From: a bacterium | Lineage (GTDB): Bacteria > Actinomycetota > Coriobacteriia > Coriobacteriales > Eggerthellaceae | Assembly: GCA_963607675.1 (NCBI GenBank) | Contig: CAVDDI010000001.1 | Coordinates: forward strand, 1 to 38,710 | Direction of reading: 5' to 3' | DNA: 38,710 nucleotides | In this document: one piece after another, positions 16,283-25,982 of the stretch | Position numbering within the stretch: position 1 is the first letter of the stretch | Layout of the letters: each line of letters opens with the position of its first letter | Notes under the pieces: model-generated | What the model was told of the DNA's origin: nothing | The model's input: the letters and a program-made list of their open reading frames with translations, nothing else | Databases searched by the model: none | Position numbers and translations under genes: made by a program

Positions 16283-17245
16283 CTAGCCCCTGAACAGCGG
16301 GGATGTCATATTGTGGTGGAAGTACGACGAGAACATCGCAACGCGATCGACGACGCCCATATCGAAGTACGAGACGGCCAAGGCGAGCGCCGCCAAGCCG
16401 GTTCCCAACGCAAGGAAATCGCCCCTGTCGAAGACGAGCGCCACGACGAAGCAGGCAGCCACGACCAACCACAGCACCTCGGTAGCGTCGCCCAGACGCC
16501 CGAGCGATTGAACCGGGCAGATGCCAAGGGTGAATGGGAGGAAGGCGAGGCACACCTCTATGCAGGCGATGAGCCCGCACAAGCGTGCGCGCAGCGAGAT
16601 CTTGTGACCGAAGCACACCAGCAAGGTGGTTCCCACCACCACGAACAGCAAGGGCCAGAACCCCCACGTGCCAAGCTGCGGCATATAGGAAACGCCGTAG
16701 TTCACCGCCACCGCGAATAGGGCCGCGATGAACACGACCAGCGAGAGCACGACCGGCAGGCGATGCGCGGCACGCTCCCGGTTGAGCTCAAGGGAGCTCT
16801 GCGGCGACACGAAGGGGCAGCTGCGTTCGGGGGCACCTTCACCAGAAGGGGGAGCAGGAGGGATATGGCCAGCCCCCGCATGCACGCCGTAGAGCCGCGT
16901 GGAAGCATAGGGGCGCTCTTCGGCATGGACAACACGCTGGTACCTGTCCGAGCAGATGGAAAGGGGGTCGACGTCAAGGGGGCGCTGCTCTTCGCCATGA
17001 GAGGGGAGGAAGGCCGCTAGGGCAACGTAGGGGATAACCGCAAGGCCGAAGGTGCACAGCGTGAGCACCACCGCGGTAACGCGAACCACGACGGCATCGG
17101 CCTCCAGATGCTCGGCAATCCCCGAGCACACGCCGGTGAAGACCCTGTCCTCACCGCGGTAAAGGGGCGTATGGGCGCTTTCGCGCACATGCAATGAATC
17201 ATGTCTGGCATGCAAGTCCAATTCGCTCCTTTCCCACTGGATCAT
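16283..17245 (-). CDS. PspC-domain membrane protein (start uncertain)
   Basis: LYRGEDRVFTGVCSGIAEHL...VR...YVALA PspC motif, then a linker and several TM helices. Confidence 0.85.
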   Translation of the reverse strand: MIQWERSELDLHARHDSLHVRESAHTPLYRGEDRVFTGVCSGIAEHLEADAVVVRVTAVVLTLCTFGLAVIPYVALAAFLPSHGEEQRPLDVDPLSICSDRYQRVVHAEERPYASTRLYGVHAGAGHIPPAPPSGEGAPERSCPFVSPQSSLELNRERAAHRLPVVLSLVVFIAALFAVAVNYGVSYMPQLGTWGFWPLLFVVVGTTLLVCFGHKISLRARLCGLIACIEVCLAFLPFTLGICPVQSLGRLGDATEVLWLVVAACFVVALVFDRGDFLALGTGLAALALAVSYFDMGVVDRVAMFSSYFHHNMTSPLFRG

Positions 17246-17332
17246 TGAACTACGGGCGTGGTGTGCGTGCGGGCTTCGTTGGGGAACCGTTTAATTCATC
17301 CCGCGATTAGCCCCTTTAGGCGAAGGCGCAAA

Positions 17333-17363
17333 GAAAGAGCCGCCCTGGAAGGACGGCTCTTTC
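17333..17363 (-). terminator. Intrinsic terminator after hypD
   Basis: GAAAGAGCCG / CGGCTCTTTC inverted repeat with a U-rich tail on the minus strand. Confidence 0.8.
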
Positions 17364-17372
17364 AGCGGATGG

Positions 17373-18449
17373 TCACAGGTACCTGAAGTATGCGGCGCAG
17401 GAGCCCTCGCTCGACACCATGCACGGCCCAACCGGGTTCTCGGGCGTGCACACCTTACGGAACAGGGGGCACTCGTTGGGTGCCATCATGCCGCGCAGCA
17501 CATCGCCACAGCGGCACCCTTTAGGTTCTTGCGTAGGCTCGACCGCCGGCTCGAAGCGGCGGAACGCGTCGAATTCGGCGTATTCGGGGCGGATTGCATA
17601 ACCCGAGCCCGGTATCACGCCCAAGCCGCGCCAGGTGGCATCAACCGTGCAGAAAACCTCGTTGATGGCCGCGATTGCCACCGGGTTGCCCTCGGGTGCG
17701 ACGCCTCGGGTGTAGGCGATCTCTATCTCGGCGCGGCCCTCATGCAGCTGGCGCATGAGCATGGCGATTCCCTGCAGCACGTCCACCGCCTCGAAGCCGG
17801 TGATGACGCCGGGGATGCCGTACTTCTCCGCCAAGAAGCGATACGGCTCCATGCCTATGATGGTGCTCACGTGCCCCGGCAGGATCAGCGCATCAATCTG
17901 CAGCTTCGGGTCGGAGACGATGGTCTCCAACGCGCCGGGCATGTTCTTGTGCGCAACGAACACGCTGAAGTTCCTCAAGCCGAGTGCCTTGGCCCGCTTG
18001 ATGGCCATGGCTACCAACGGTGTGGTGGTTTCGAATCCCACCCCTACGAACACCACCTGCTGGCTGGGGTTTTCCTGGGCCAGCTTCAGGGCATCGAGCG
18101 GCGAGTACACGATGCTCACCGAATGGCCCTCGGCCTGCTCTTTGAGCAGGCTCGAGGTGGAGCCGGGGACGCGCGTCATGTCGCCGAAGGTGGCGATGGT
18201 CACCCCCGGCACGCGCGAGAGGGCGATCACCGTGTCGATATCCTTGTTGGAGGTAACGCACACCGGGCAGCCCGGGCCAGAGGCCAGGCGGGTGCCTTCG
18301 GGCATCAGGCCGCGCAGGCCGTTTCGGGCGATGGCCACCGTATGGGTGCCGCACACCTCCATGAGCGTGGCATGCTCGGGCGCCCATTTCTGGATGGAAT
18401 GGATAAGGCCCCGAGCAAGCTCGGGGTCCTTGAACTGCGAAAGATCCAT
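17373..18449 (-). CDS. hypD: [NiFe]-hydrogenase maturation protein HypD
   Basis: MEVCGTHT, GPGCPVC, GFETT, PGHVS motifs and the C-terminal Cys cluster CRC...CPLF...C...GPCMVSSEGSCAA. Confidence 0.97.
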   Translation of the reverse strand: MDLSQFKDPELARGLIHSIQKWAPEHATLMEVCGTHTVAIARNGLRGLMPEGTRLASGPGCPVCVTSNKDIDTVIALSRVPGVTIATFGDMTRVPGSTSSLLKEQAEGHSVSIVYSPLDALKLAQENPSQQVVFVGVGFETTTPLVAMAIKRAKALGLRNFSVFVAHKNMPGALETIVSDPKLQIDALILPGHVSTIIGMEPYRFLAEKYGIPGVITGFEAVDVLQGIAMLMRQLHEGRAEIEIAYTRGVAPEGNPVAIAAINEVFCTVDATWRGLGVIPGSGYAIRPEYAEFDAFRRFEPAVEPTQEPKGCRCGDVLRGMMAPNECPLFRKVCTPENPVGPCMVSSEGSCAAYFRYL

Positions 18450-18458
18450 GATGCCGCC

Positions 18459-18695
18459 TTACAAGCCCTCTACGTCCGCCAACTCGGGGATCTGCCTGAT
18501 AAGGTCGAGGGTCTGCTGGGCATCTTCCTCGTTCACCACCTCGATGGCGAAGCCGGCGTGCACCAAGACGAAATCGCCCACTTCGGCCTGGGGGGTAAGG
18601 TCGAGCGCCACCTCACGCGTGACGCCCAGGATATCCACGACGGCAAGGTTGTTGCCTTCGATGGTCTTCACCTGAGCGGGGATAGCCAAACACAT
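18459..18695 (-). CDS. hypC: Hydrogenase assembly chaperone HypC/HupF
   Basis: MCLAIP N-terminus and VGDFVLVHAGFAI. Confidence 0.97.
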   Translation of the reverse strand: MCLAIPAQVKTIEGNNLAVVDILGVTREVALDLTPQAEVGDFVLVHAGFAIEVVNEEDAQQTLDLIRQIPELADVEGL

Positions 18696-18701
18696 TGCGC
18701 A

Positions 18702-21101
18702 TCACTCCTTACTTTGCGCCTGCAATCCTAGCACAGCCTGCCCATAGGAAATCGAAGCGTCGTTGGGTGGCAGATCTTTGTTCAGGGCCACCGTGAAACC
18801 CCGTTCCTGCAGGGAAACCAGGCAATGCTCCACCAGGTAGCGGTTCATGAACACGCCGCCGGCGAGGGCCATGGCCTCTATCCCATAGGCGGCGCGCACC
18901 AGCTCGGCAGCTTCAGCGACAACCAAGGCGAACGCCTCGTGAAAGCGGGCGGCGATGACCGTTTCGGGGACATTCGCCTGCAAGTCGTCGAGCATGGCGC
19001 GGAACACAGGGGCGGCATCCATCAACAGGACCGAGGTGTCGGAAGCTGTGCTTTGATCGGTGGCCGTGTTCTTCAGGAAGCCGATGCGATAGCGCTCGTC
19101 CTTCACGGAAAGGTCTTCATATACCGCGCGTACAGCGCCCTCGTGCGCCGCCGCCTCAAGCAGGATAGCCGCTTCCCCTTCGTAGCTGGGCTGCCGGCAG
19201 ATGCCCAGCAGCGCAGAGGCAGCGTCGAACAACCTGCCCACCGAAGAGGTCTCAGGGGTATTCAACCCCTTCTCTATCATCTGCTCGAAAACGGATGCAC
19301 CTTCCACTGCCTGGGAAACGAAGGCCTGGGCCGAAGGGTGCTCAAGCAGGTCGAAGGCCCACAACGCCCCGAAGGCGATGCGCGAGGGGTCTTTGATGGC
19401 AGCCGCCCCACCGGGAAGCGGGATGTAGGCGAAGTTCATGAAACGCTCGTAGGCATGCAGGTTGGAGAGCAGTACCTCGCCACCCCATATGGCGCCGTCC
19501 AGACCATAGCCGGTGCCGTCGAAGGCAAAACCGCATACAGGGCCTTCCAGCCCGTTTTCACCCATCACCGAAAGGACATGGGCATGATGATGCTGAACCT
19601 GCGTTACCGGCAGGTCTTGGGCCAGGGCCCATTTGGTGGAAAGGTACTCGGGGTGGCAATCGCACACCAACCGCTGGGGAGCAAGGCGAAGGAGCGCAGC
19701 GTATCGGCGGCGCGTTTCGTCCCAGGCGTCCATAACCGCAGCGCTTTCCAGGTCACCGATATGCTGCGAGGTGAAAGCGGCGTTTCCGCGGGCGTAGGTG
19801 ATGGTGCTCTTCTGCTCGGGCCCCACAGCCAGCACCTGGGGCGCACGCTCGGCAGCGCTGGGCACGGCGATGGGAAGAGGGGCGTAGCCGCGGGCGCGGC
19901 GGATGAACTGGATTACCTCGCCAGCAGGGCCGCCGTCGAGCACGCGCAGCACCGAGTCGTCGTAGCGTCCCTCGATGGCGCGGTCGTTTACCAGGAAGGC
20001 ATCGGCCACACCGCCCAACTGGGCAAATGCAGTCTCTTCGTCCGTGACGATAGGCTCGTTGTGTATGTTCCCCGAGGTCATGACCAGCAAACCGCCGAAG
20101 GCGCGGGACAGGAGATGCTGCACAGGGGTAGTGGGCAGCATCACGCCCAACTCAGGCAAGGCATCGGCCAGGCCATGGGCAAGGGCAACGTCCCTCCGCT
20201 TGCGCAGCAGGACGATGGGGCGGGCGGGGCTTTCCAATTGAGCGGCCTCGGCCTTGCTCACCTCGCAGAACCCACGGGCCTGCTCAACCGAACCAGCCAT
20301 GACGGCGAAGGCCTTGCCCGGGCGGCGCTTGCGCTTTCGCAGGCGCATCAGCGCATCGGGGTTCTGGGCATCGCATACCAAGTGGTAACCGCCCAATCCC
20401 TTCACCGCAACGATCCCACCTTCGCGGATAGTGCGCACCGCCGCATCTATGAAGCTGTCGGAAGCCTGAACATCGTGCGCCCACTCTATGGCGGAAACCT
20501 CGGGCGGTTCGCCCTCGGCAGCGCTGGCCCATCCCAAATGGGGACCGCATTCGAAGCACGCATCGGGCTGGGCATGGAAGCGGCGGTTGGCGGGGTTGTC
20601 GTATTCTGCCTGGCATTCCGGGCACATCTTGAATTCCGCCATGGAAGTTGCAGGGCGATCATAGGGCAGCGCGCGCATGATGGTGAAACGCGGGCCGCAG
20701 TTGGTGCAGTTGATGAATGGGTAATGGAAGCGGCGGTTGCCCGGGTCGAACAGCTCATCCACACAGACATCGCAAGTTGCCAGATCGGGAGACACCAGGG
20801 TGGTCTCCTGTTCAGCCCCCTCTTCCGAGAAACGTATCTCGAACGACTCGAACCCCTCCATAGGCACTTCAGCGATAGCGATCTCTCGCACCTGGGCGGC
20901 AGCGGGAGCATGCTCCGACAGGTCGAGCACGAAGCGATCAAGCGCATCCGCCTCGCCTTCGGCGTGCACCACAACGCCATGGACGTTGTTCAGCACCCAC
21001 CCGGTGATCATGTGTGTTTTTGCCGCACGATAGACAAAGGGGCGGAAACCCACCCCTTGCACTACGCCGGAAATATTCAGTTCAAGCGCTTCACGCGTCA
21101 T
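18702..21101 (-). CDS. hypF: Carbamoyltransferase HypF; start set to ATG at 21101
   Basis: Acylphosphatase-like GVVQGVGFRPFVY, zinc fingers (CDVC, CTNCGPRF, CPEC, CFECGP), KGLGGYHL, QHHHAH, DGTGYG and PPNDASISYGQ. ATG overlaps the pgi TGA; AAGGAGG RBS. Confidence 0.96.
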   Translation of the reverse strand: MTREALELNISGVVQGVGFRPFVYRAAKTHMITGWVLNNVHGVVVHAEGEADALDRFVLDLSEHAPAAAQVREIAIAEVPMEGFESFEIRFSEEGAEQETTLVSPDLATCDVCVDELFDPGNRRFHYPFINCTNCGPRFTIMRALPYDRPATSMAEFKMCPECQAEYDNPANRRFHAQPDACFECGPHLGWASAAEGEPPEVSAIEWAHDVQASDSFIDAAVRTIREGGIVAVKGLGGYHLVCDAQNPDALMRLRKRKRRPGKAFAVMAGSVEQARGFCEVSKAEAAQLESPARPIVLLRKRRDVALAHGLADALPELGVMLPTTPVQHLLSRAFGGLLVMTSGNIHNEPIVTDEETAFAQLGGVADAFLVNDRAIEGRYDDSVLRVLDGGPAGEVIQFIRRARGYAPLPIAVPSAAERAPQVLAVGPEQKSTITYARGNAAFTSQHIGDLESAAVMDAWDETRRRYAALLRLAPQRLVCDCHPEYLSTKWALAQDLPVTQVQHHHAHVLSVMGENGLEGPVCGFAFDGTGYGLDGAIWGGEVLLSNLHAYERFMNFAYIPLPGGAAAIKDPSRIAFGALWAFDLLEHPSAQAFVSQAVEGASVFEQMIEKGLNTPETSSVGRLFDAASALLGICRQPSYEGEAAILLEAAAHEGAVRAVYEDLSVKDERYRIGFLKNTATDQSTASDTSVLLMDAAPVFRAMLDDLQANVPETVIAARFHEAFALVVAEAAELVRAAYGIEAMALAGGVFMNRYLVEHCLVSLQERGFTVALNKDLPPNDASISYGQAVLGLQAQSKE

Positions 21102-22813
21102 GCGTAGATTGCCTCCTTGAAAACCTTGACCAAGGCGCGGATAGAGACGGCGGAGTTGTCGGCCAGGTGAACCTGCACGCAACGCCTTCCGCGGTCGGAC
21201 AAGATCGAGAAGTCACCCGATGCCTGGGCCTTGGCAAGCTCGCCCAAGCTGTCGGCACGGTTGTCGATGATATCGATATCACGCGGCTCGTCTGCGGAAA
21301 CGATAAGGAACACACCCTTGTTGGGGCCGCCCTTGTGCAGCTGCCCGGTAGAGTGAAGGTAGCGCGGGCCTATTTCCAAGCAGGAGGGAACACCCTTCAG
21401 GTCGGCAACCGAATGACGGATCTCCTCAAGCGCCTCACGCCGGCCTTCACCTGCAAACGGCAGGAAGGCATTCAGGCAGAAGTAATCGCCAGGCTGGATG
21501 CTGCCCATAAGCGCCTTCAGTGCGCTTACCAGGTTCTTTTCCTCGAGTTCGTTGCGCAGCGCCTCGGAAACGTGCACCTCTGCGTTGCCCACGGGGATAC
21601 CGGCCAGGTCGGCTTCCACGAATTCTGGCTGGCGGGCGCCTTCAGCCAGGATACGCAGGACCTCTTTCTTCGCAACGGCCACATCGGGCTGGTCGAACGG
21701 GCAAACCTTCATAAGGTAGCCGACCATGGCAATGGCGTATTCCCACATGATGAAATGAGCTGCAAGGTCTACCACGTTCATGACCTTGAAGTTCATGCGG
21801 GGGATGGCCGGGTCGATGAACTCCAGCGCATGGGCGAAGTTCTGACGGTCGTCCCAAAGATCGGTCTTGGTGGTGTAGGTGATAACCGTGCGGTCCTTGG
21901 GGTCTTCGCGCAGCACCAGCGAATCAACCTCGATGTTGGGCAGGATGCCGTAGCCGTTCTTGCCCAGGCTTTCGGCTACCAGCTGCTCGATCCACAGACC
22001 AAGGACGCGGCCGCGCTTCGGGGTGAAGAACGAGAACTTGTCACGGCCGGCCTTGTAGTTGTCGTACAGGAAGGCAGCCAGGTTGGCGGCGGGGTTGTCG
22101 ATGTCGTCAGATGCGCACAGCTCCTCGGCGGCGCAGGCACTTTCCATCAAATCGGCCAGGTTGATGCCCACCAACGCAGCCGGCACCAAACCGAACACGG
22201 AAAGGGCGGAATAGCGGCCGCCCACAGTGGACTCGCCGGTGAACACCTTGCACCAGCCCTCTTCCTTTGCGCGCTTCTCCAGGTCGGAACCAGGGTCGGT
22301 GATGGCGATAAGATGCGAGGGGATTTCCTCGGCAGGCATGCTTTCCTCGAGCACCGAGCGGACTGCCTTCATGATGAGGGTAGGCTCGATGGTGCCGCCC
22401 GACTTGGACGACTGGATGATGAGGGTGGTGTGCGGGTCGCATTCGGAAAGGATGCTGCGCACACGAACCGGGGAATCGGAGTCGAGCGTCTTGAACGTGA
22501 CGAGCGAAGAATCCGGCTTGTTGTACTTGGTGATGGTCATAGGAGCCTGGGTAGACCCGCCCTGACCGATGAGTATCACGGTTTTCAAGCCGCCGGCGAT
22601 CTTCTTATCGGCGAATTCCTGGATCTCATCGATAGGGTACGGCGGTTCGCTGGCAAGCGTTGCCCAACCCATGTATTCGCTGGCACACTGCTGCGCCTCT
22701 TCGGAAAAGCCATAGAGAGAGCTGTCCTTGCGCCTGATGCGACTGGCTACCTTGCCGTCGACCAGCGCCTGTAGGGAGGGAGGGTAGATCCCCTGAATGG
22801 CAAAATCGATCAT
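21098..22813 (-). CDS. pgi: Glucose-6-phosphate isomerase (type resembling the Pgi half of Tal-Pgi fusions); start set to 22813
   Basis: GQGGS, SKSGGTIE, GGRYS, EQLVAESLGK, PFDQPDV and GPRYLHSTGQLHKGGP motifs. AAGGA RBS and extended -10 TGgTAAAAT upstream. Confidence 0.85.
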   Translation of the reverse strand: MIDFAIQGIYPPSLQALVDGKVASRIRRKDSSLYGFSEEAQQCASEYMGWATLASEPPYPIDEIQEFADKKIAGGLKTVILIGQGGSTQAPMTITKYNKPDSSLVTFKTLDSDSPVRVRSILSECDPHTTLIIQSSKSGGTIEPTLIMKAVRSVLEESMPAEEIPSHLIAITDPGSDLEKRAKEEGWCKVFTGESTVGGRYSALSVFGLVPAALVGINLADLMESACAAEELCASDDIDNPAANLAAFLYDNYKAGRDKFSFFTPKRGRVLGLWIEQLVAESLGKNGYGILPNIEVDSLVLREDPKDRTVITYTTKTDLWDDRQNFAHALEFIDPAIPRMNFKVMNVVDLAAHFIMWEYAIAMVGYLMKVCPFDQPDVAVAKKEVLRILAEGARQPEFVEADLAGIPVGNAEVHVSEALRNELEEKNLVSALKALMGSIQPGDYFCLNAFLPFAGEGRREALEEIRHSVADLKGVPSCLEIGPRYLHSTGQLHKGGPNKGVFLIVSADEPRDIDIIDNRADSLGELAKAQASGDFSILSDRGRRCVQVHLADNSAVSIRALVKVFKEAIYA

Positions 22814-22939
22814 TGTTCCTTCTTTCAATATTCCCCTGATTTTACCAAATGGCAACGCTCAAGGCGCGTTCAGCGCCGATGCAAGTGCTTCCGTTAACGA
22901 ACGTTTACGATCGGCAGCGCGGAATGCCCGGCGCAAAAG

Positions 22940-22965
22940 AAAAGGCCGCTTTGAAGCGGCCTTTT
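22940..22965 (-). terminator. Intrinsic terminator after tRNA-Phe
   Basis: AAAAGGCCGCT / AGCGGCCTTTT inverted repeat. Confidence 0.85.
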
Positions 22966-22971
22966 GGTTCG

Positions 22972-23047
22972 TGGTGGTCGGGGCGGGACTTGAACCCGCG
23001 ACACGCGGATTTTCAATCCGCTGCTCTACCAGCTGAGCTACCCAACC
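22972..23047 (-). tRNA. tRNA-Phe (GAA)
   Basis: Cloverleaf GGUUGGG...GCGGA-UUGAAAA-UCCGC...GGUUCAAGUCC...ACCA; CCA encoded. Confidence 0.97.
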
Positions 23048-23076
23048 GAAAAGCATCATCTCTGACGCGAAAAAGT

Positions 23077-23105
23077 ACTCTACTGCAGTGCGCAGGTTTC
23101 GTCAA
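23077..23105 (-). promoter_or_regulatory. Sigma70-type promoter for tRNA-Phe
   Basis: TTGACG-17 bp-TAGAGT. Confidence 0.75.
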
Positions 23106-23208
23106 GCACTTTATGGCAACCTGCAATCGGGCTGCGAACTGCTCGCCATGCGCGCAGGAAGGTGGGGCAACAGGAAGCCCGGGGCCGAAACCGGCTTGCA
23201 GGCCTAAC

Positions 23209-24501
23209 CTACGCCCAAGCGCTGCGACCCTGCAGGGCGCGCTTGCCGATATCGGTTCGGTACTGCACGCCTTCGAAGGTGATGAGCTTGCAGGCCTCGT
23301 AGGCGCGGTTACGGGCTTCTTCGAAGGTATCGCCCAACGCAACCACATTGAGCACACGCCCGCCGGCGGTGATGAGCTCGCCGTCGGGGTTCAGCGCCGT
23401 GCCGGCGTGGAACACCATGACGTCGTCGAGGGCTTCGGCCTCTTCGATCCCCAGGATGACCTTGCCCTTCTCATACGACCCTGGGTAACCATCGCTGGCA
23501 AGCACAACGCTTACCGCCCACTGGTCAGACCAATCAAGGACGATGTCCTCGGGGCGGCCTTCGGCAACCGCAAGCATGATGTTCACCAAATCGCCCTTCA
23601 GGCGCGGCAGCACCACTTGGGTTTCCGGATCGCCGAAACGGGCATTGAACTCAAGCACCTTGGGGCCTTCAGGGGTGAGCATGAAGCCGCCGTACAGGCA
23701 GCCGCGGTAGTCGCTCTCGAACGGGGCGGAAGCCGTCGCCTGGGCGGATGCCTCCATGATGGAGACCATGGTTGCCATCTCCTCGTCGGTGACGATGGGC
23801 ACCGGCGAATAGACGCCCATGCCGCCCGTGTTGGGGCCGAGATCGCCGTCGTAGGCACGCTTATGGTCCTGCGCAGGGGCCATGCAGAACGCCTTGCCGT
23901 TGGAAACGAACGCCAGAAGAGAGCATTCGGGGCCGGTAAGGCATTCCTCTACCACAACCTTGCTGCCCGCCTCGCCGAAGCTGCCGCTGAAGCACGCGTC
24001 GACGGCGTCGAGGGCGGCGTCCAAGGTCTCGGCGACCACCACACCCTTGCCGGCAGCAAGGCCATCGGCCTTCACCACCAGTGGAGCGCCAAGCTCCTCG
24101 CAGTATGCGCGAGCGGGAGCCGCCTCGGTGAAGCTTCGGTAACGTGCGGTGGGGATGCCATTGGCTTCCATGAATTCCTTGGAATACGTCTTGGAGCCTT
24201 CCAGCTGGGCACCCTGGAAATCGGGGCCGAACACGGGGATCCCTGCCTGGCGCAGCACGTCAGCCACCCCGGCAACCAAGGGAGCCTCGGGGCCTATGAC
24301 CACCAGCTCGATGTCGTTCGAACGGGAAAAGGCCAGTACCTCCTTGGCATCCTCCACGTTCAGGTTCTTGACGTTATGGGCGAACGACGCCGTACCTCCG
24401 TTGCCGGGGGCAACGAAGAGCTCGGTGCAGCGGTGGCTCTTCGCCAGCGCCCAGGAGATTGCATGTTCGCGGCCGCCGCCGCCCAAGACGAGGATATTCA
24501 C
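23209..24501 (-). CDS. purD: Phosphoribosylamine-glycine ligase
   Basis: LGGGGREHA, APGNGG, GPEAPL, KADGLAAGKGV, QDHKR...GPNTGGMG and EFNARFGDPETQ motifs. Confidence 0.97.
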   Translation of the reverse strand: MNILVLGGGGREHAISWALAKSHRCTELFVAPGNGGTASFAHNVKNLNVEDAKEVLAFSRSNDIELVVIGPEAPLVAGVADVLRQAGIPVFGPDFQGAQLEGSKTYSKEFMEANGIPTARYRSFTEAAPARAYCEELGAPLVVKADGLAAGKGVVVAETLDAALDAVDACFSGSFGEAGSKVVVEECLTGPECSLLAFVSNGKAFCMAPAQDHKRAYDGDLGPNTGGMGVYSPVPIVTDEEMATMVSIMEASAQATASAPFESDYRGCLYGGFMLTPEGPKVLEFNARFGDPETQVVLPRLKGDLVNIMLAVAEGRPEDIVLDWSDQWAVSVVLASDGYPGSYEKGKVILGIEEAEALDDVMVFHAGTALNPDGELITAGGRVLNVVALGDTFEEARNRAYEACKLITFEGVQYRTDIGKRALQGRSAWA

Positions 24502-24529
24502 GGTTGGTGCCTTTCTTGTTCGTCTTTCG

Positions 24530-24599
24530 AAAACACCTCCCCAACAGGCATTCGTCAGGGAGGTGAACGGAAAAGCGGGGCACCGAGTACCCCGCTGTT
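24530..24599 (-). terminator. Two tandem terminator-like hairpins between purA and purD
   Basis: AGCGGGGUAC-UCG-GUGCCCCGCU-UUU, then CACCUCCCUGAC-GAAUGCCU-GUUGGGGAGGUG-UUUU on the minus strand. Confidence 0.65.
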
Positions 24600-24606
24600 G
24601 TGCTTC

Positions 24607-25902
24607 TTAGCGGCTTTCCCAGCCGTTGAAGATGGTCTGATCGCGGTCGGGGCCGACGGCGATGATGGAAGCCTTCACGCCGGAAACCTCTTCCAGGTAC
24701 TTGATGTAGCTCTGCGCGTTGGCCGGCAAATCCTGAAGCTTCTTGCAGCCCGAGATATCAACGCCTTCCCAACCGGGAAGCTCCTCGTAGATCGGGGTGA
24801 CGTTCTTCGGGTAGATGACCGAATGCTGCATGGGGAAGTAGTCGTAGCGCACGCCATCGGCTTCGTAGGCGACGCATACCTTGATGCGGGGAACGCACGA
24901 GAGCACGTCGAGCTTGGTAAGCGCCATGTCGGTCATGGAGTTGACTTCCACCGCGTAGCGGGCCTGAACCGCATCGAACCAACCGCAACGGCGCTTTCGG
25001 CCGGTGGTAACGCCGTATTCGCCGCCCACCTTGCACAGCAGCTCGCCGGTTTCATCGTGAAGCTCGGTGGGAAACGGGCCGGAACCCACGCGGGTGATGT
25101 AGGCCTTGGCGATGCCCAGGACCTTATCGATGGCCTTCGGACCCACGCCCGAGCCGGTGGGGGCACCGCCGGCACAGCAAGAGGACGAGGTGACGAACGG
25201 GTAGGTGCCATGGTCAACGTCGAGCATGGTGCCCTGCGCGCCCTCGAACAGGACGTTCTTCCCGGCGCGTAGCTCTGCGTTCAGCAGCTGGGTTGTCTCG
25301 GCCATATGCGGGCGAAGGATGTCTGCATAAGGAAGGTACATCTCGCAGATCTGATCGACCGTGTAGGGCTCCAGGCCGTAGATCTTGGTAAGGATCTGGT
25401 TCTTCAGGAACAAGGCGGCCTCAACCTTCTCGCGGAAGATCTTCTCGTCCAGAAGGTCCTGGACGCGGATGCCGCAGCGGCTGATCTTATCCTCGTAAGC
25501 AGGGCCGATGCCGCGCTTCGTGGTGCCGATCTTGTGCTTGCCCAGATGACGCTCGGAAGCACCGTCGAGATCGATGTGGTACGGCATGATGATGTGCGCA
25601 TCGCAAGAGATGCGCAGGCGGTCGCAGGAAAAACCCTCGCGCTCAAGCATCTCCATTTCCTCGGTGAGGACCTTCGGGTCGACGACGCAGCCATTGCCGA
25701 TGATGGGCGTGATATGGTCGTACATCACGCCTGACGGGATAAGGTGCAGGGCAAGCTTCGTGTCGCCGTGGATAACGGTATGCCCCGCGTTGTTCCCTCC
25801 CTGGTAACGGACTACGTAATCGAAGTCACTCGAGATCAGGTCGGTGACTTTGCCCTTGCCCTCATCGCCCCATTGGGCGCCAAGGAGAACCGTGCTTGGC
25901 AT
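24607..25902 (-). CDS. purA: Adenylosuccinate synthetase; start set to 25902
   Basis: [37 protein letters not shown]...[11 protein letters not shown] and [25 protein letters not shown]. Confidence 0.97.
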   Translation of the reverse strand: MPSTVLLGAQWGDEGKGKVTDLISSDFDYVVRYQGGNNAGHTVIHGDTKLALHLIPSGVMYDHITPIIGNGCVVDPKVLTEEMEMLEREGFSCDRLRISCDAHIIMPYHIDLDGASERHLGKHKIGTTKRGIGPAYEDKISRCGIRVQDLLDEKIFREKVEAALFLKNQILTKIYGLEPYTVDQICEMYLPYADILRPHMAETTQLLNAELRAGKNVLFEGAQGTMLDVDHGTYPFVTSSSCCAGGAPTGSGVGPKAIDKVLGIAKAYITRVGSGPFPTELHDETGELLCKVGGEYGVTTGRKRRCGWFDAVQARYAVEVNSMTDMALTKLDVLSCVPRIKVCVAYEADGVRYDYFPMQHSVIYPKNVTPIYEELPGWEGVDISGCKKLQDLPANAQSYIKYLEEVSGVKASIIAVGPDRDQTIFNGWESR

Positions 25903-25982
25903 GAAAGGTCCTTTCGATGTTCTGTATGCGTGAAGCCGGGCTTTGCGCCGCAGGGCGCACGACCCCAGCAAGCAGAATCATA

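Noticed and set aside
22890..22912. CGTAAACGTTCGTTAACG upstream of pgi as a LacI-type operator
   Set aside because: The palindrome is imperfect, lies far from the -10, and has no second copy to support it.
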